Positions 46,471 through 55,116 of a DNA stretch of 64,000 nt are shown piece after piece; positions within the stretch are counted from its first letter, which is position 1, and the number at the start of each line of letters is the position of its first letter. Position numbers and translations under genes: made by a program. The stretch is from the sequence record NC_048170.1, one strand, 5' to 3'. A model generated the notes under the pieces. It did no database searches. It was not told the DNA's origin and was given only the letters and a program-made list of their open reading frames with translations.

Positions 46471-48081
46471 ATGGACCCAAAACAGATAGCCATTAAGATT
46501 ATTACGTTACTGTTTCGTAATGCACAATTGAACCATCCCGATCCCAGTACGATCGAACATGTTAAATCCGTCTTAGATAAAGTCGAACCCCCGAAAAACC
46601 ATCTCGCTACAGACGTAGATAGAGAGGTTTTCAGCAACCTGATGAACACCATTCATTGGATGCTGGAACAACCGTTATCGGAACCTTTCGATAAACAACA
46701 GTTGTTACAAAGGATACGTTTAGATTGCCTTGAACAAAGCAATCTTTACGAGATTCTTGCCGACGGACTGTACGATATCGAAGACGACGCTCATATCAGT
46801 AAGGTCTGTTCGCTCTATTACAATGAATTACGTAATCTGATTACCCGTCGTCGTGTTTTCGAAACCTTTAAAAACACGTACATGGATATCAGTAACGGGC
46901 GACTTGGGGATAAAGAATTTTTCGATGCGATGGCGAATTTGAAATTATCGCTAGACAGTATCGAAATGGATACCGAAAATCCCGAAGAGATGTCGTGTAT
47001 GATTGACGGCTTTATCGCTGACAGCGAAGACGATATCGAGAAAGTTGAACGTATGTTCGTCAAAGCGATGGAACGTAACAGTCCTGAAGGTGGATTTGTA
47101 ACCGGCTGGCAAGGCTTTAATAAAATGTTGGGGTCGGTCGGTGTTTTACGTCGCGGTACCTTAGGACTGATTGGTGCAATGCAGCACCGAAACAAGTCAG
47201 GTGTGTTGTTAAAACTGTTCACGCATCTGGCACTGTACAATAAACCCCATTTCTTTTTTCCGGAGCGAGCAAAGAAAGCACTACTGATTCACTTGTCAAC
47301 AGAAAACGAAGTAGAAGAAAACACGCTTCAGATATACAAGAACATGCGAGAACAGGAAACAGGCGAATATGTCGATATTCGTAAGATTGACCCTCGCGAG
47401 GCATCACGTTATGTGTTGAAGGTGTTCAACGATGCGGGTTTCTCTGTTTGTATGCGTCGTGTTGATGGGATGAGTTATAAACAACTCGCTAATCTCATCG
47501 ACCATTTCGAACGCATGGGTTATGAAGTCATGGCGTTGTTCATTGACTATCTGAAAATGTTCTCATCGGAAGGGTTGGATAGAAATGGACCGACCGGCGC
47601 ATGGTTACAAGAACTCTTCAACAAAGTACGTAACCTCTGCAGCGTTAAACGTATTTTAGGTATGACCGTACACCAGCTGTCATCCGACGCGAAGATGCGC
47701 GCACGTGACGGTAACGATGAAGAGTTCGTTGACCAAGTCGCGGGTTTAAGTTACTGGGATGGTTGTAAAGGGATTGACCGTGAGATTGACCTCGAAGTGA
47801 TTGTTGATATCGTTAAGGAACCGGGTAAACGTCAAAGCTGGCAAGTCTTTGCGTTAGGGAAAGACCGTCAACCGGATAACGGTTCAACGAAACCTGAAGA
47901 CAAACATTTCGCGATGCCATTCCAAACCATCGGGATGCTTCCTGATGATTACGGTAAGAAAGCAGTATATTGCCGCAAGGTTGGCGGACAACCTGTCTCC
48001 GAGGGAGGTAAAGGTCCGTGGAACAAGTTCGATGAAAACGCAGCACCGAGTAATGAATTACAATTTGATTTAGAATTTTAA
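46471..48081 (+). CDS. dnaB: DnaB-like replicative helicase (phiKZ gp118-like)
   Basis: Variant Walker A GAMQHRNKSG, LIHLSTEN, FIDYLKM, TVHQLS; AAGGA RBS before ATG at 46471. Confidence 0.88.
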   Translation: MDPKQIAIKIITLLFRNAQLNHPDPSTIEHVKSVLDKVEPPKNHLATDVDREVFSNLMNTIHWMLEQPLSEPFDKQQLLQRIRLDCLEQSNLYEILADGLYDIEDDAHISKVCSLYYNELRNLITRRRVFETFKNTYMDISNGRLGDKEFFDAMANLKLSLDSIEMDTENPEEMSCMIDGFIADSEDDIEKVERMFVKAMERNSPEGGFVTGWQGFNKMLGSVGVLRRGTLGLIGAMQHRNKSGVLLKLFTHLALYNKPHFFFPERAKKALLIHLSTENEVEENTLQIYKNMREQETGEYVDIRKIDPREASRYVLKVFNDAGFSVCMRRVDGMSYKQLANLIDHFERMGYEVMALFIDYLKMFSSEGLDRNGPTGAWLQELFNKVRNLCSVKRILGMTVHQLSSDAKMRARDGNDEEFVDQVAGLSYWDGCKGIDREIDLEVIVDIVKEPGKRQSWQVFALGKDRQPDNGSTKPEDKHFAMPFQTIGMLPDDYGKKAVYCRKVGGQPVSEGGKGPWNKFDENAAPSNELQFDLEF

Positions 48082-48106
48082 ACGCAAAAAAAAAGATTGT
48101 GCGGTT

Positions 48107-48138
48107 CCCTCCTCCAACCCGTAAGGGAAGGAGGAGGG
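48107..48138. terminator. Hairpin family copy between convergent genes
   Basis: ccctcctcc-AA-ccc-GTAA-ggg-AA-ggaggaggg, identical to the 27746 copy. Confidence 0.85.
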
Positions 48139-48154
48139 GTTATGACCGCTTTGA

Positions 48155-48481
48155 TTAACTTATTGTCATGAATTCATTAGGTGAAAATTTCCAGCCGTTC
48201 TCAGTGAGAAGCGTGTTGAGTTTCGCTGCAACGATAAGCCATGCATGCATGGCCGTTACATCGTATTGGCGATTCACTCGACGTTGGTTTTCGATATTGA
48301 TTTGCTCCTGTTCAGTGATGTTTGGATAAAGTGCGATAGCGCTAGGTTTACCCAGCGCGCTAGTCATCACCGCAGTACATTCACTGATAATGTTGTTTAA
48401 GTGGTAGTTATACACCGTTCCACGCATGACGCGATGACGGCATTCGATAATAGCGTCGTAAATGATTTCTCGAGTAATCAT
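48155..48481 (-). CDS. Hypothetical protein (108 aa)
   Basis: Co-oriented early run. Confidence 0.7.
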   Translation of the reverse strand: MITREIIYDAIIECRHRVMRGTVYNYHLNNIISECTAVMTSALGKPSAIALYPNITEQEQINIENQRRVNRQYDVTAMHAWLIVAAKLNTLLTENGWKFSPNEFMTIS

Positions 48482-48487
48482 GATAAT

Positions 48488-48889
48488 TTAAAACATACGG
48501 TCGTTTTTAGCACGGGCGTCCATTACCAGATCGTAGATGCCTGCGGTTCGTAAGCACTCTTCGTAGTAACGATGCGCGCCTTCATCAGCCATCCACGATA
48601 ACCCTCGGCTATCCGCAACGATAACCAGTTTGTTATTGTTGAACGCACACACCACACGGTAGGTCGCGTTGTTATTCGGATCGCGAGTGATAAGTTCGTA
48701 AACGCCGTTAACAGGTTTACTGAATTCACCGTTTAACGGGATGAGTTCGGTAGTACCTTCAGCAAACGTTACGTTGATCGGTGATGGGTCTTTAGCGATA
48801 ACAGTATATTCCACATTGTGTTCTTTACTGGTCATGATACCGAAGTAAGAACTCACAGGGGAACGCGGTACACTAAGAATATTAAACAT
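48488..48889 (-). CDS. Hypothetical protein (133 aa)
   Basis: GAGGA RBS. Confidence 0.75.
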   Translation of the reverse strand: MFNILSVPRSPVSSYFGIMTSKEHNVEYTVIAKDPSPINVTFAEGTTELIPLNGEFSKPVNGVYELITRDPNNNATYRVVCAFNNNKLVIVADSRGLSWMADEGAHRYYEECLRTAGIYDLVMDARAKNDRMF

Positions 48890-48943
48890 GGATGTTGTCC
48901 TCTTAATTGGATTTAGATTGTTGGGTATGGATTGGGAAATGAA

Positions 48944-49513
48944 TTAGACGATGAGTGACCAGGTGGTAAGCACCCCGCTTGCGAATTCGAGCTTAAGACG
49001 TTTACCGATAAGTTGTTGTTGGATCATCTTCTCGGTGATGCGTCGATCTTGCTGAACCGCTTTATCAAACGCTTCTTTTGCTTCAGCTTGGTAGAAGTTC
49101 GTTTCTTCGTTGTCGTCGATCTCTTCGAGAGTATCGTCGTCGATGTCGGCAAGTTTCACTCGACCGTTTTCATCAGGTTGTTCTGCAGGTTCATTGTCAT
49201 ACGGCGTGTCTTTTGTTGGTGCGACACGATGTTGCAACTCGACCTGTGTTAACATGATCTCCATCTCACCATCGATAGGAATGATTTCATCGGCGCTGCC
49301 GTTTTCGGTTAGCTCTCGACTTTCCAGTAATGTCGTGGTAACAGAGAACACCTCTTCAACAGGAACCTCGTCATCGTCGATGGTGTTAACCGTGTTGCTG
49401 GTAACTTCGGCAACGACCATCAAATCAAATGCGTGAGGGTCACCTGGCATTTTGATTCCTGGAAGTTTGTTGAGGTACCAAGGATCAAGAATCATGATTT
49501 CTGGATTAAACAT
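48944..49513 (-). CDS. Highly acidic hypothetical protein (189 aa)
   Basis: About 42 D/E versus about 15 K/R by hand count; AAAGGT RBS. Confidence 0.8.
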   Translation of the reverse strand: MFNPEIMILDPWYLNKLPGIKMPGDPHAFDLMVVAEVTSNTVNTIDDDEVPVEEVFSVTTTLLESRELTENGSADEIIPIDGEMEIMLTQVELQHRVAPTKDTPYDNEPAEQPDENGRVKLADIDDDTLEEIDDNEETNFYQAEAKEAFDKAVQQDRRITEKMIQQQLIGKRLKLEFASGVLTTWSLIV

Positions 49514-49583
49514 CGTATTTTTACCTTTCTATGTTAGGTGGATTGCGGATAGAAGAATCAATGCATAGATTGATCGTTCTATG

Positions 49584-49661
49584 TTAGAAATTATTGCCGA
49601 ACTGGTTATGGTTATAACGCGTGTTTTCGTATTCTGACGGGTCGCGTATTAATAAGGTCAT
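49584..49661 (-). CDS. Possible 25-aa micropeptide
   Basis: GAGGA RBS 7 nt before ATG; MTLLIRDPSEYENTRYNHNQFGNNF; first ORF after the promoter motif. Confidence 0.4.
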   Translation of the reverse strand: MTLLIRDPSEYENTRYNHNQFGNNF

Positions 49662-49716
49662 GACTGTATCCTCGATTATTAAGAGAAATTTACAACGATA
49701 ACAGTAACCGCTGTTA

Positions 49717-49741
49717 TCATCTAGGTAATGTAGTCGCGAAA
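49717..49741 (-). promoter_or_regulatory. Early promoter motif, core TACATTAC
   Basis: Minus strand tttcgcgacTACATTACctagatga. Confidence 0.75.
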
Positions 49742-49775
49742 TAAACTGGAGTAATGCGAAATAAGACAGCATAAG

Positions 49776-49807
49776 CCCTCTCCCAACCCGTAAGGGAAGG
49801 GAGAGGG
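49776..49807. terminator. Hairpin family copy
   Basis: ccctctccc-AA-ccc-GTAA-ggg-AA-gggagaggg. Confidence 0.85.
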
Positions 49808-49811
49808 AATA

Positions 49812-51179
49812 TTAAACGGTTGGACGAACGGTGTTGTCTTTTTCTGGTGCAAGCCATAACGTGACCGTACCATGGCATGTCCACTGTGGTTCACGTACAG
49901 AAGAACCTGCCATCGTAACAGCACAATCGGTACGCATGATAACCCCGTATGCTTCGCAGAGATTGTTATCCTGCATCCACACAACTTTAGCAGGCATGCC
50001 GGGATACAACAAATCCATGTTTGCGTATTCCCACACCAACTGCATTGTTCTACCGCGTAATCCAGCAGTATTGCTTAATTCACGCCATCGGTTATCGGTT
50101 ACGCGTCCCATCCCTTTCGCCACCTTCACGTTATCGCCACGTTCTTCAGTTACGTACTCGCTAACGTTTACAGTACGACTGATTATTGTATCGCCCCCTT
50201 TTGATAACGTCATTCCCTGGCTCATCTGACTTGCCGAAACAAAACGCCCACCCGCATTACCTAACAACGAAGCCGCGTTATTGATGTCGCTTACCGACGC
50301 CCCTCTCGTACATGCAATTTCCACGTATTTGTCACGATTGATCCAGGTCTTGTCCATGCCCGGAAACATATCGGCAGGATAGTTGTAAAAGATAGCCGTG
50401 CGCCGACCATCAGAAAAACGGGTTTCGTCATAGAGAGGATAAATATACAGATACGGAGATTGATAATAACAACCGACGTCCGCTGAATAAATACCGACCT
50501 GGTTCTGGATTTTGTCTACGAGATCCATTGCGTTGGTACCGTGCGGAAGAATAAGCAACTTGAACAGGTTGTCGTTATTCGGTGCAACAATATCCACACC
50601 CTGCATTTTGAATCCGGTGTCAGCTTCAACCGCAGAAAGTATCTTGCTGAATTCGAGCCGTAACACATCCAGCACTTTCGACCCGGTATAGTTCTCACCG
50701 GTTTCTGATTGCATGAAGCTTTCAAGAACAGGATCGAACAGTTGAAATTGAAGGTCGACCATTTGTTCGTAGTCTTTCTTCGAAGAATCGGTTGCGGTAC
50801 GTTCGTCGGTAGCAGACATACGACTGTCTACGGTTGTTAAACAAACCGCCCGGTAGACATAAGCCTGTGTGGCATCGTCTACGGTTTGGCGTTGTCCACG
50901 CATCAGGCTGTACGCCTGCACGATGATGCGCATTTTAAGTTGTTGTTGGTACGGTAGAATGTATTTTCCGTAACTGCCGGGCGGGAACTTTACAGAGATA
51001 TAAAGTTCATCTCCTGCGTTACGTTCATAGTCTCGATACGTGTGGACTTGAGTCACTAAAGGAACAGACACCGTCATTGACGGCGTGATTAATTCCGCGG
51101 TGACTTTATACGCAACAGCAACTGCTTCCTGCGCAAATGTACCGATATACCGTCCTAACGGCGTCTGTTTGTAATCCAT
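49812..51179 (-). CDS. Virion structural protein (455 aa; phiKZ gp101-like by synteny)
   Basis: GIYSADVGCYYQ..YLYIYPLYD and LLYPGMPAK segments; last gene of the late operon. Confidence 0.7.
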   Translation of the reverse strand: MDYKQTPLGRYIGTFAQEAVAVAYKVTAELITPSMTVSVPLVTQVHTYRDYERNAGDELYISVKFPPGSYGKYILPYQQQLKMRIIVQAYSLMRGQRQTVDDATQAYVYRAVCLTTVDSRMSATDERTATDSSKKDYEQMVDLQFQLFDPVLESFMQSETGENYTGSKVLDVLRLEFSKILSAVEADTGFKMQGVDIVAPNNDNLFKLLILPHGTNAMDLVDKIQNQVGIYSADVGCYYQSPYLYIYPLYDETRFSDGRRTAIFYNYPADMFPGMDKTWINRDKYVEIACTRGASVSDINNAASLLGNAGGRFVSASQMSQGMTLSKGGDTIISRTVNVSEYVTEERGDNVKVAKGMGRVTDNRWRELSNTAGLRGRTMQLVWEYANMDLLYPGMPAKVVWMQDNNLCEAYGVIMRTDCAVTMAGSSVREPQWTCHGTVTLWLAPEKDNTVRPTV

Positions 51180-51181
51180 GT

Positions 51182-51787
51182 TTAACGACCCCGTTGCTGT
51201 TGTTGAATGATGAATTCTTCGATCTTCGTACCACGGAATTCGCTGTGACGAACTGCTTGCAGTTGCTCTTCAACGGTTGGGCCTGCATTGAGACCACCAC
51301 GACGTGCGCGGTTGATGCCGATTTTACGGCGCTGGCCGATTTCACGCAAACGTGAAGATAATCCGCTCATTTCGGTTGGGTCTTTAATACGACCGCGTGC
51401 AACGTTCCACAGACCGCCCATGAACTCTTCGAGAATACGGCTGGCTTCGAGAGACGGTACGCGCGCGTTGGGATCGTTTTCAAGATTGTATTTAACGTAT
51501 TCCGTGTGTTCCAGAAGAAGCATGAACATCTTCATGGCGTTCACGTCGGGATTTGCAATACGCATAGGAACACCACGAGAATGTTTTTCAGCGGCCTGCG
51601 GTACGGTAAGCTGTGCGGGCACCTCTTCGTTCATGGCCATATCGTCGATTTCTGCAACCCCTGAAGAGTAGACGCCGCTGACCTCATTGGTGTAGTTATC
51701 CACCATGAATTTACGGGGAATCCAGAATTCGAATTTACGTTCAAATAGACGTTTGGTTGGGGTATCTTTAACGTGTTGTAGACTCAT
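51182..51787 (-). CDS. Conserved hypothetical protein (201 aa)
   Basis: ATGA-coupled within the late operon. Confidence 0.75.
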   Translation of the reverse strand: MSLQHVKDTPTKRLFERKFEFWIPRKFMVDNYTNEVSGVYSSGVAEIDDMAMNEEVPAQLTVPQAAEKHSRGVPMRIANPDVNAMKMFMLLLEHTEYVKYNLENDPNARVPSLEASRILEEFMGGLWNVARGRIKDPTEMSGLSSRLREIGQRRKIGINRARRGGLNAGPTVEEQLQAVRHSEFRGTKIEEFIIQQQQRGR

Positions 51788-53100
51788 GGTTCAATAGCTC
51801 CTGCTCGTAACAGCATAATAACGAACGGTGTGAAATAATAACGATCTAGCGGAGAAAGCAACGGTATTGCGTCGACCATCTGTTTCAGTGCTGGATGACT
51901 GATTGCTTTCTCGTCGACCATATCACGTACCATACTCTCAATGATCGTCATTGGGGCTTGGTTGCGATAGAAAGCCTCTGTGAAAACATAGTACGGATCG
52001 TCCGCTACCGATGGAAACAACGGAACGCCGTCATACTCCATCGATGTAAGGTTGGTCACCAACGGATTTGTCGGTGGTGTGTTTTCAGGTACAGCCAACT
52101 CTTTACCGACGTCTTCACCGAGCGACGTGGTCGCAGGCCACATACAGAACCGCGCACCACTAAAACGAATCCCGCCTGCAGCCGGGTATTGATAGAAACG
52201 CTTTGTTGACAACAGTGTGAATTTCACCGTCAACCGCGCCTCGTCTTCCCGACGTCCATCCATGACCCATTCAAAGACAGAAATCGCATTCGCTTCCTGG
52301 TTATCGTCTACGTTAAGGCGTCCAAAGTTCCATGATGGCTTTCCTTCAAGCGACGACCATAATTTCGTAAACGCGTTAACGCACCAGGGATCGTAGGTTG
52401 CAGCATCTTGACCAGGAACAAGCAGTGTGTTGAGTTCACGGCTGTAGAATTCATGGTAATACGCGTGACAAAGCCCCAGCGCACGACGGAGATAATCATA
52501 CTTACGATTGTATTTCTCCGTTGCCATTACGGGATGTTTTCCGTGCTTTAACTGGTCTTGGTCGTACAGTGTATCCTCAACGATTTTCGCTTCCAGTTCG
52601 ATAAGCTGTTTTTCGTCAAGAATACGTTGGAAGGAAATATCACATTCGTAAGCCGGTGCTAAGCTGATGTTCTTCGGCGTGATTCGGGTGATTGTGTACA
52701 CCGCGATACGATGATCGAGACCGGAGATTAACAGCATGTTACCTAAAAGAGGAACCGATACCGCCGGAAGTATACACGTACCCTCTGATTGAAAACGCGC
52801 AGTACCGTTGTCGTACGATGGCGTCAATGACGACATTAACTTGATAGGGTAATGTCTGATGCGACGGTACTGCTGTTCAGCGATGTCACGGTTAGCTTGA
52901 AAACTGCTTTGTTCATCATCGCGACCGAGAATCTGTTCGTAATAATCGCATTCTACGGAATAACCGGATGCGTAATTCACTAACCCGATTTGACTATTGT
53001 ATTGCTCATCCACCACCGCAGAACGATAAACATCGTCGCGAGCCTTCGCGGGTTGTTGGGGGTTGATGTTGGGTTTCGCGGGCTTCTTAGCGAGCGCCAT
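51784..53100 (-). CDS. Virion structural protein (438 aa; phiKZ gp99-like by synteny)
   Basis: CDYYEQILG.DD and YDPWCV segments; coupled operon. Confidence 0.7.
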   Translation of the reverse strand: MALAKKPAKPNINPQQPAKARDDVYRSAVVDEQYNSQIGLVNYASGYSVECDYYEQILGRDDEQSSFQANRDIAEQQYRRIRHYPIKLMSSLTPSYDNGTARFQSEGTCILPAVSVPLLGNMLLISGLDHRIAVYTITRITPKNISLAPAYECDISFQRILDEKQLIELEAKIVEDTLYDQDQLKHGKHPVMATEKYNRKYDYLRRALGLCHAYYHEFYSRELNTLLVPGQDAATYDPWCVNAFTKLWSSLEGKPSWNFGRLNVDDNQEANAISVFEWVMDGRREDEARLTVKFTLLSTKRFYQYPAAGGIRFSGARFCMWPATTSLGEDVGKELAVPENTPPTNPLVTNLTSMEYDGVPLFPSVADDPYYVFTEAFYRNQAPMTIIESMVRDMVDEKAISHPALKQMVDAIPLLSPLDRYYFTPFVIMLLRAGAIEP

Positions 53101-54652
53101 AGCGTTTTACTCCTACGATGGTACCGACAAGAATTCTCGGTACGAATAAACTACGATGTTTGAACCATGAAGCTGTTGTTGGGATACGTTTGATGGCTTC
53201 GATAAGCCCGATTAGCGTATAGCACCCCCGACTGTTCTTCTTAGGCCAGTACTTTTTATCTAGACCTAATACTGCAAACAGTTCATCCACCAGATTGGGA
53301 TAACAACACAACGCTTCAAGTGTTTCAACCTGTAACTGACTTAAATCTAACAGTATCGCTAGACGAACGTGGTAATCACTCCGTAAGTCTAACGGATCTT
53401 TCGCTTCAAGATCGCCAACGTCGGTTAATGTCCACGCGTCTCTTGCGTAGCGGTATTTGCCCTTCCAAACCTCAAGGAAAAAAGGAGACTGGTAATGACA
53501 TTTTGACCATTCCGGGTACTCGCGGAACCATCGAACAAGATCGGGATGGAATTCACCTTCTTCGGCTAACGAGTCCAACGTCACCAATAGGTTAGGTTGT
53601 TCGGGATCGATAGCAAGCAGCGCGGTGAAAAGCGTGCTTGATGGAAGCTCGGTTTCCACGCTCGATGGAGGCAACCATTCATCCAAATCGGGATACCGAT
53701 ACGCTTGAATCGACGCACCCTGCTCGGGCAAGAACGAATCACGAAGAATGTCCTGATACTGCACCACCATACCACCACGACGCGCACGGGATTTATCGCG
53801 CACCGAGAGGCTCGGTTTGTATAGGTACTCTTCGGGGAGTATCTGTTGGTGTACTTGAACCGGATACCGTGCTACGATGTGTGTTGGTGTGTCGTACGTG
53901 TAACGGTAAGAGAAGGTTGCGTTGTATGAAGAACTGTTCTCATTCTTCTCGGGTTTCGGAGCGTCGGTGAAATCAAATTGACCAGAGATCTCTTCTTGCA
54001 TTTCCCTGATAACCAATTTAACGCTCTTACCGTCACCTGCAACCGTCGTCATGGTGGTTGCACGGTTGTCGAACCCGTCTCTAAGATACTCACTGAATTT
54101 ATCCCCATAACCCGCGACAGCCTCTCGGTGGGTGTGGATAACTTTTAACAACATGAGAAACTGTGTAGGGATCGCATAGCTGTATTCGGCACTGAGAAAC
54201 GCGGCAACATGCTGACTTGTGAGCAAGCGTTTCATGTCGTACCACCAACGTTCGGCGGTGACCTGATCCTCGAACCGTTTGGTGATCTGCATGGTCGCAA
54301 CCATCGTACTGTAAACAGGTACTAGCGATACGCCAAGGTTACGGTCTTCAAATACTGGAAGACTGTTTCGTTTGTAAACGGTATCGTACATGGACGCCTG
54401 TTCTTCAGGGACAATGTTAAGCTCAATTTGGATGAACCCGTCAGCAGGCCCTTTTACATCCTGATCAACAACTTGCGGCGGTTGCTCGTTCGCAGCGCTC
54501 ATTTTAGCGTGAAGCGCTTCCCCTCGAAAAAGAATGTTCTCCCGATTATAATCCCACCCGCAAAGCTCGCTGATCTGCCGTAACACCGCGATTGCAACCG
54601 GACGTGTTACCGTCGCGTATACGTCATTGATTTTTCGATCAAGTTTAGGCAT
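53087..54652 (-). CDS. Virion structural protein (~521 aa; phiKZ gp98-like by synteny)
   Basis: GAGGA RBS before ATG at 54652; YPVQVHQQILP and YPDLDEW segments. Confidence 0.7.
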   Translation of the reverse strand: MPKLDRKINDVYATVTRPVAIAVLRQISELCGWDYNRENILFRGEALHAKMSAANEQPPQVVDQDVKGPADGFIQIELNIVPEEQASMYDTVYKRNSLPVFEDRNLGVSLVPVYSTMVATMQITKRFEDQVTAERWWYDMKRLLTSQHVAAFLSAEYSYAIPTQFLMLLKVIHTHREAVAGYGDKFSEYLRDGFDNRATTMTTVAGDGKSVKLVIREMQEEISGQFDFTDAPKPEKNENSSSYNATFSYRYTYDTPTHIVARYPVQVHQQILPEEYLYKPSLSVRDKSRARRGGMVVQYQDILRDSFLPEQGASIQAYRYPDLDEWLPPSSVETELPSSTLFTALLAIDPEQPNLLVTLDSLAEEGEFHPDLVRWFREYPEWSKCHYQSPFFLEVWKGKYRYARDAWTLTDVGDLEAKDPLDLRSDYHVRLAILLDLSQLQVETLEALCCYPNLVDELFAVLGLDKKYWPKKNSRGCYTLIGLIEAIKRIPTTASWFKHRSLFVPRILVGTIVGVKRYGAR

Positions 54653-55028
54653 CGATGTCGTCCTCGCTAATTTCCTCACCTCCTTGTTGTCGATATCCGG
54701 TATAATGAATCAGACTGCTCTGTAGAAGCTCTTTAACGAGCCCTAGACGCGTTTTATCTGTTTCATTGGACGTTTCCATTAATGTTTCTATTTCGTTGTT
54801 TAAAACAGCGTATAGCGCTTCTAACGGCAATCCTTGGATGATTGGTTTGTTGGTACCTTCCGGTAGTGCCGCAACAGGAATCTGCACGACGGTTTCATGT
54901 GAGGTATGTGGGTTGATACGGCAAATATACATACCGGGTACTGAATGTCGCGGGCACGCCGCTACCAAGCATGTCTGTTGCTGCGCACCGTTAAGTGCGA
55001 GTGAAAGAAATTTTGCTTCACGTGTCAT
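54645..55028 (-). CDS. Hypothetical protein (127 aa)
   Basis: AGGA RBS; overlaps the next start. Confidence 0.75.
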   Translation of the reverse strand: MTREAKFLSLALNGAQQQTCLVAACPRHSVPGMYICRINPHTSHETVVQIPVAALPEGTNKPIIQGLPLEALYAVLNNEIETLMETSNETDKTRLGLVKELLQSSLIHYTGYRQQGGEEISEDDIDA

Positions 55029-55080
55029 CGCAGATTCCTGTTTGAAAGATAAGATATCACATGATGGTCGACAGCATAAA

Positions 55081-55100
55081 GCCCACCCCGAAGGGCGGGC
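55081..55100 (-). terminator. Short hairpin terminator
   Basis: Minus strand gcccgccc-ttcg-gggtgggc followed by tttatg. Confidence 0.75.
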
Positions 55101-55116
55101 TGTTTATGCGTACGGA

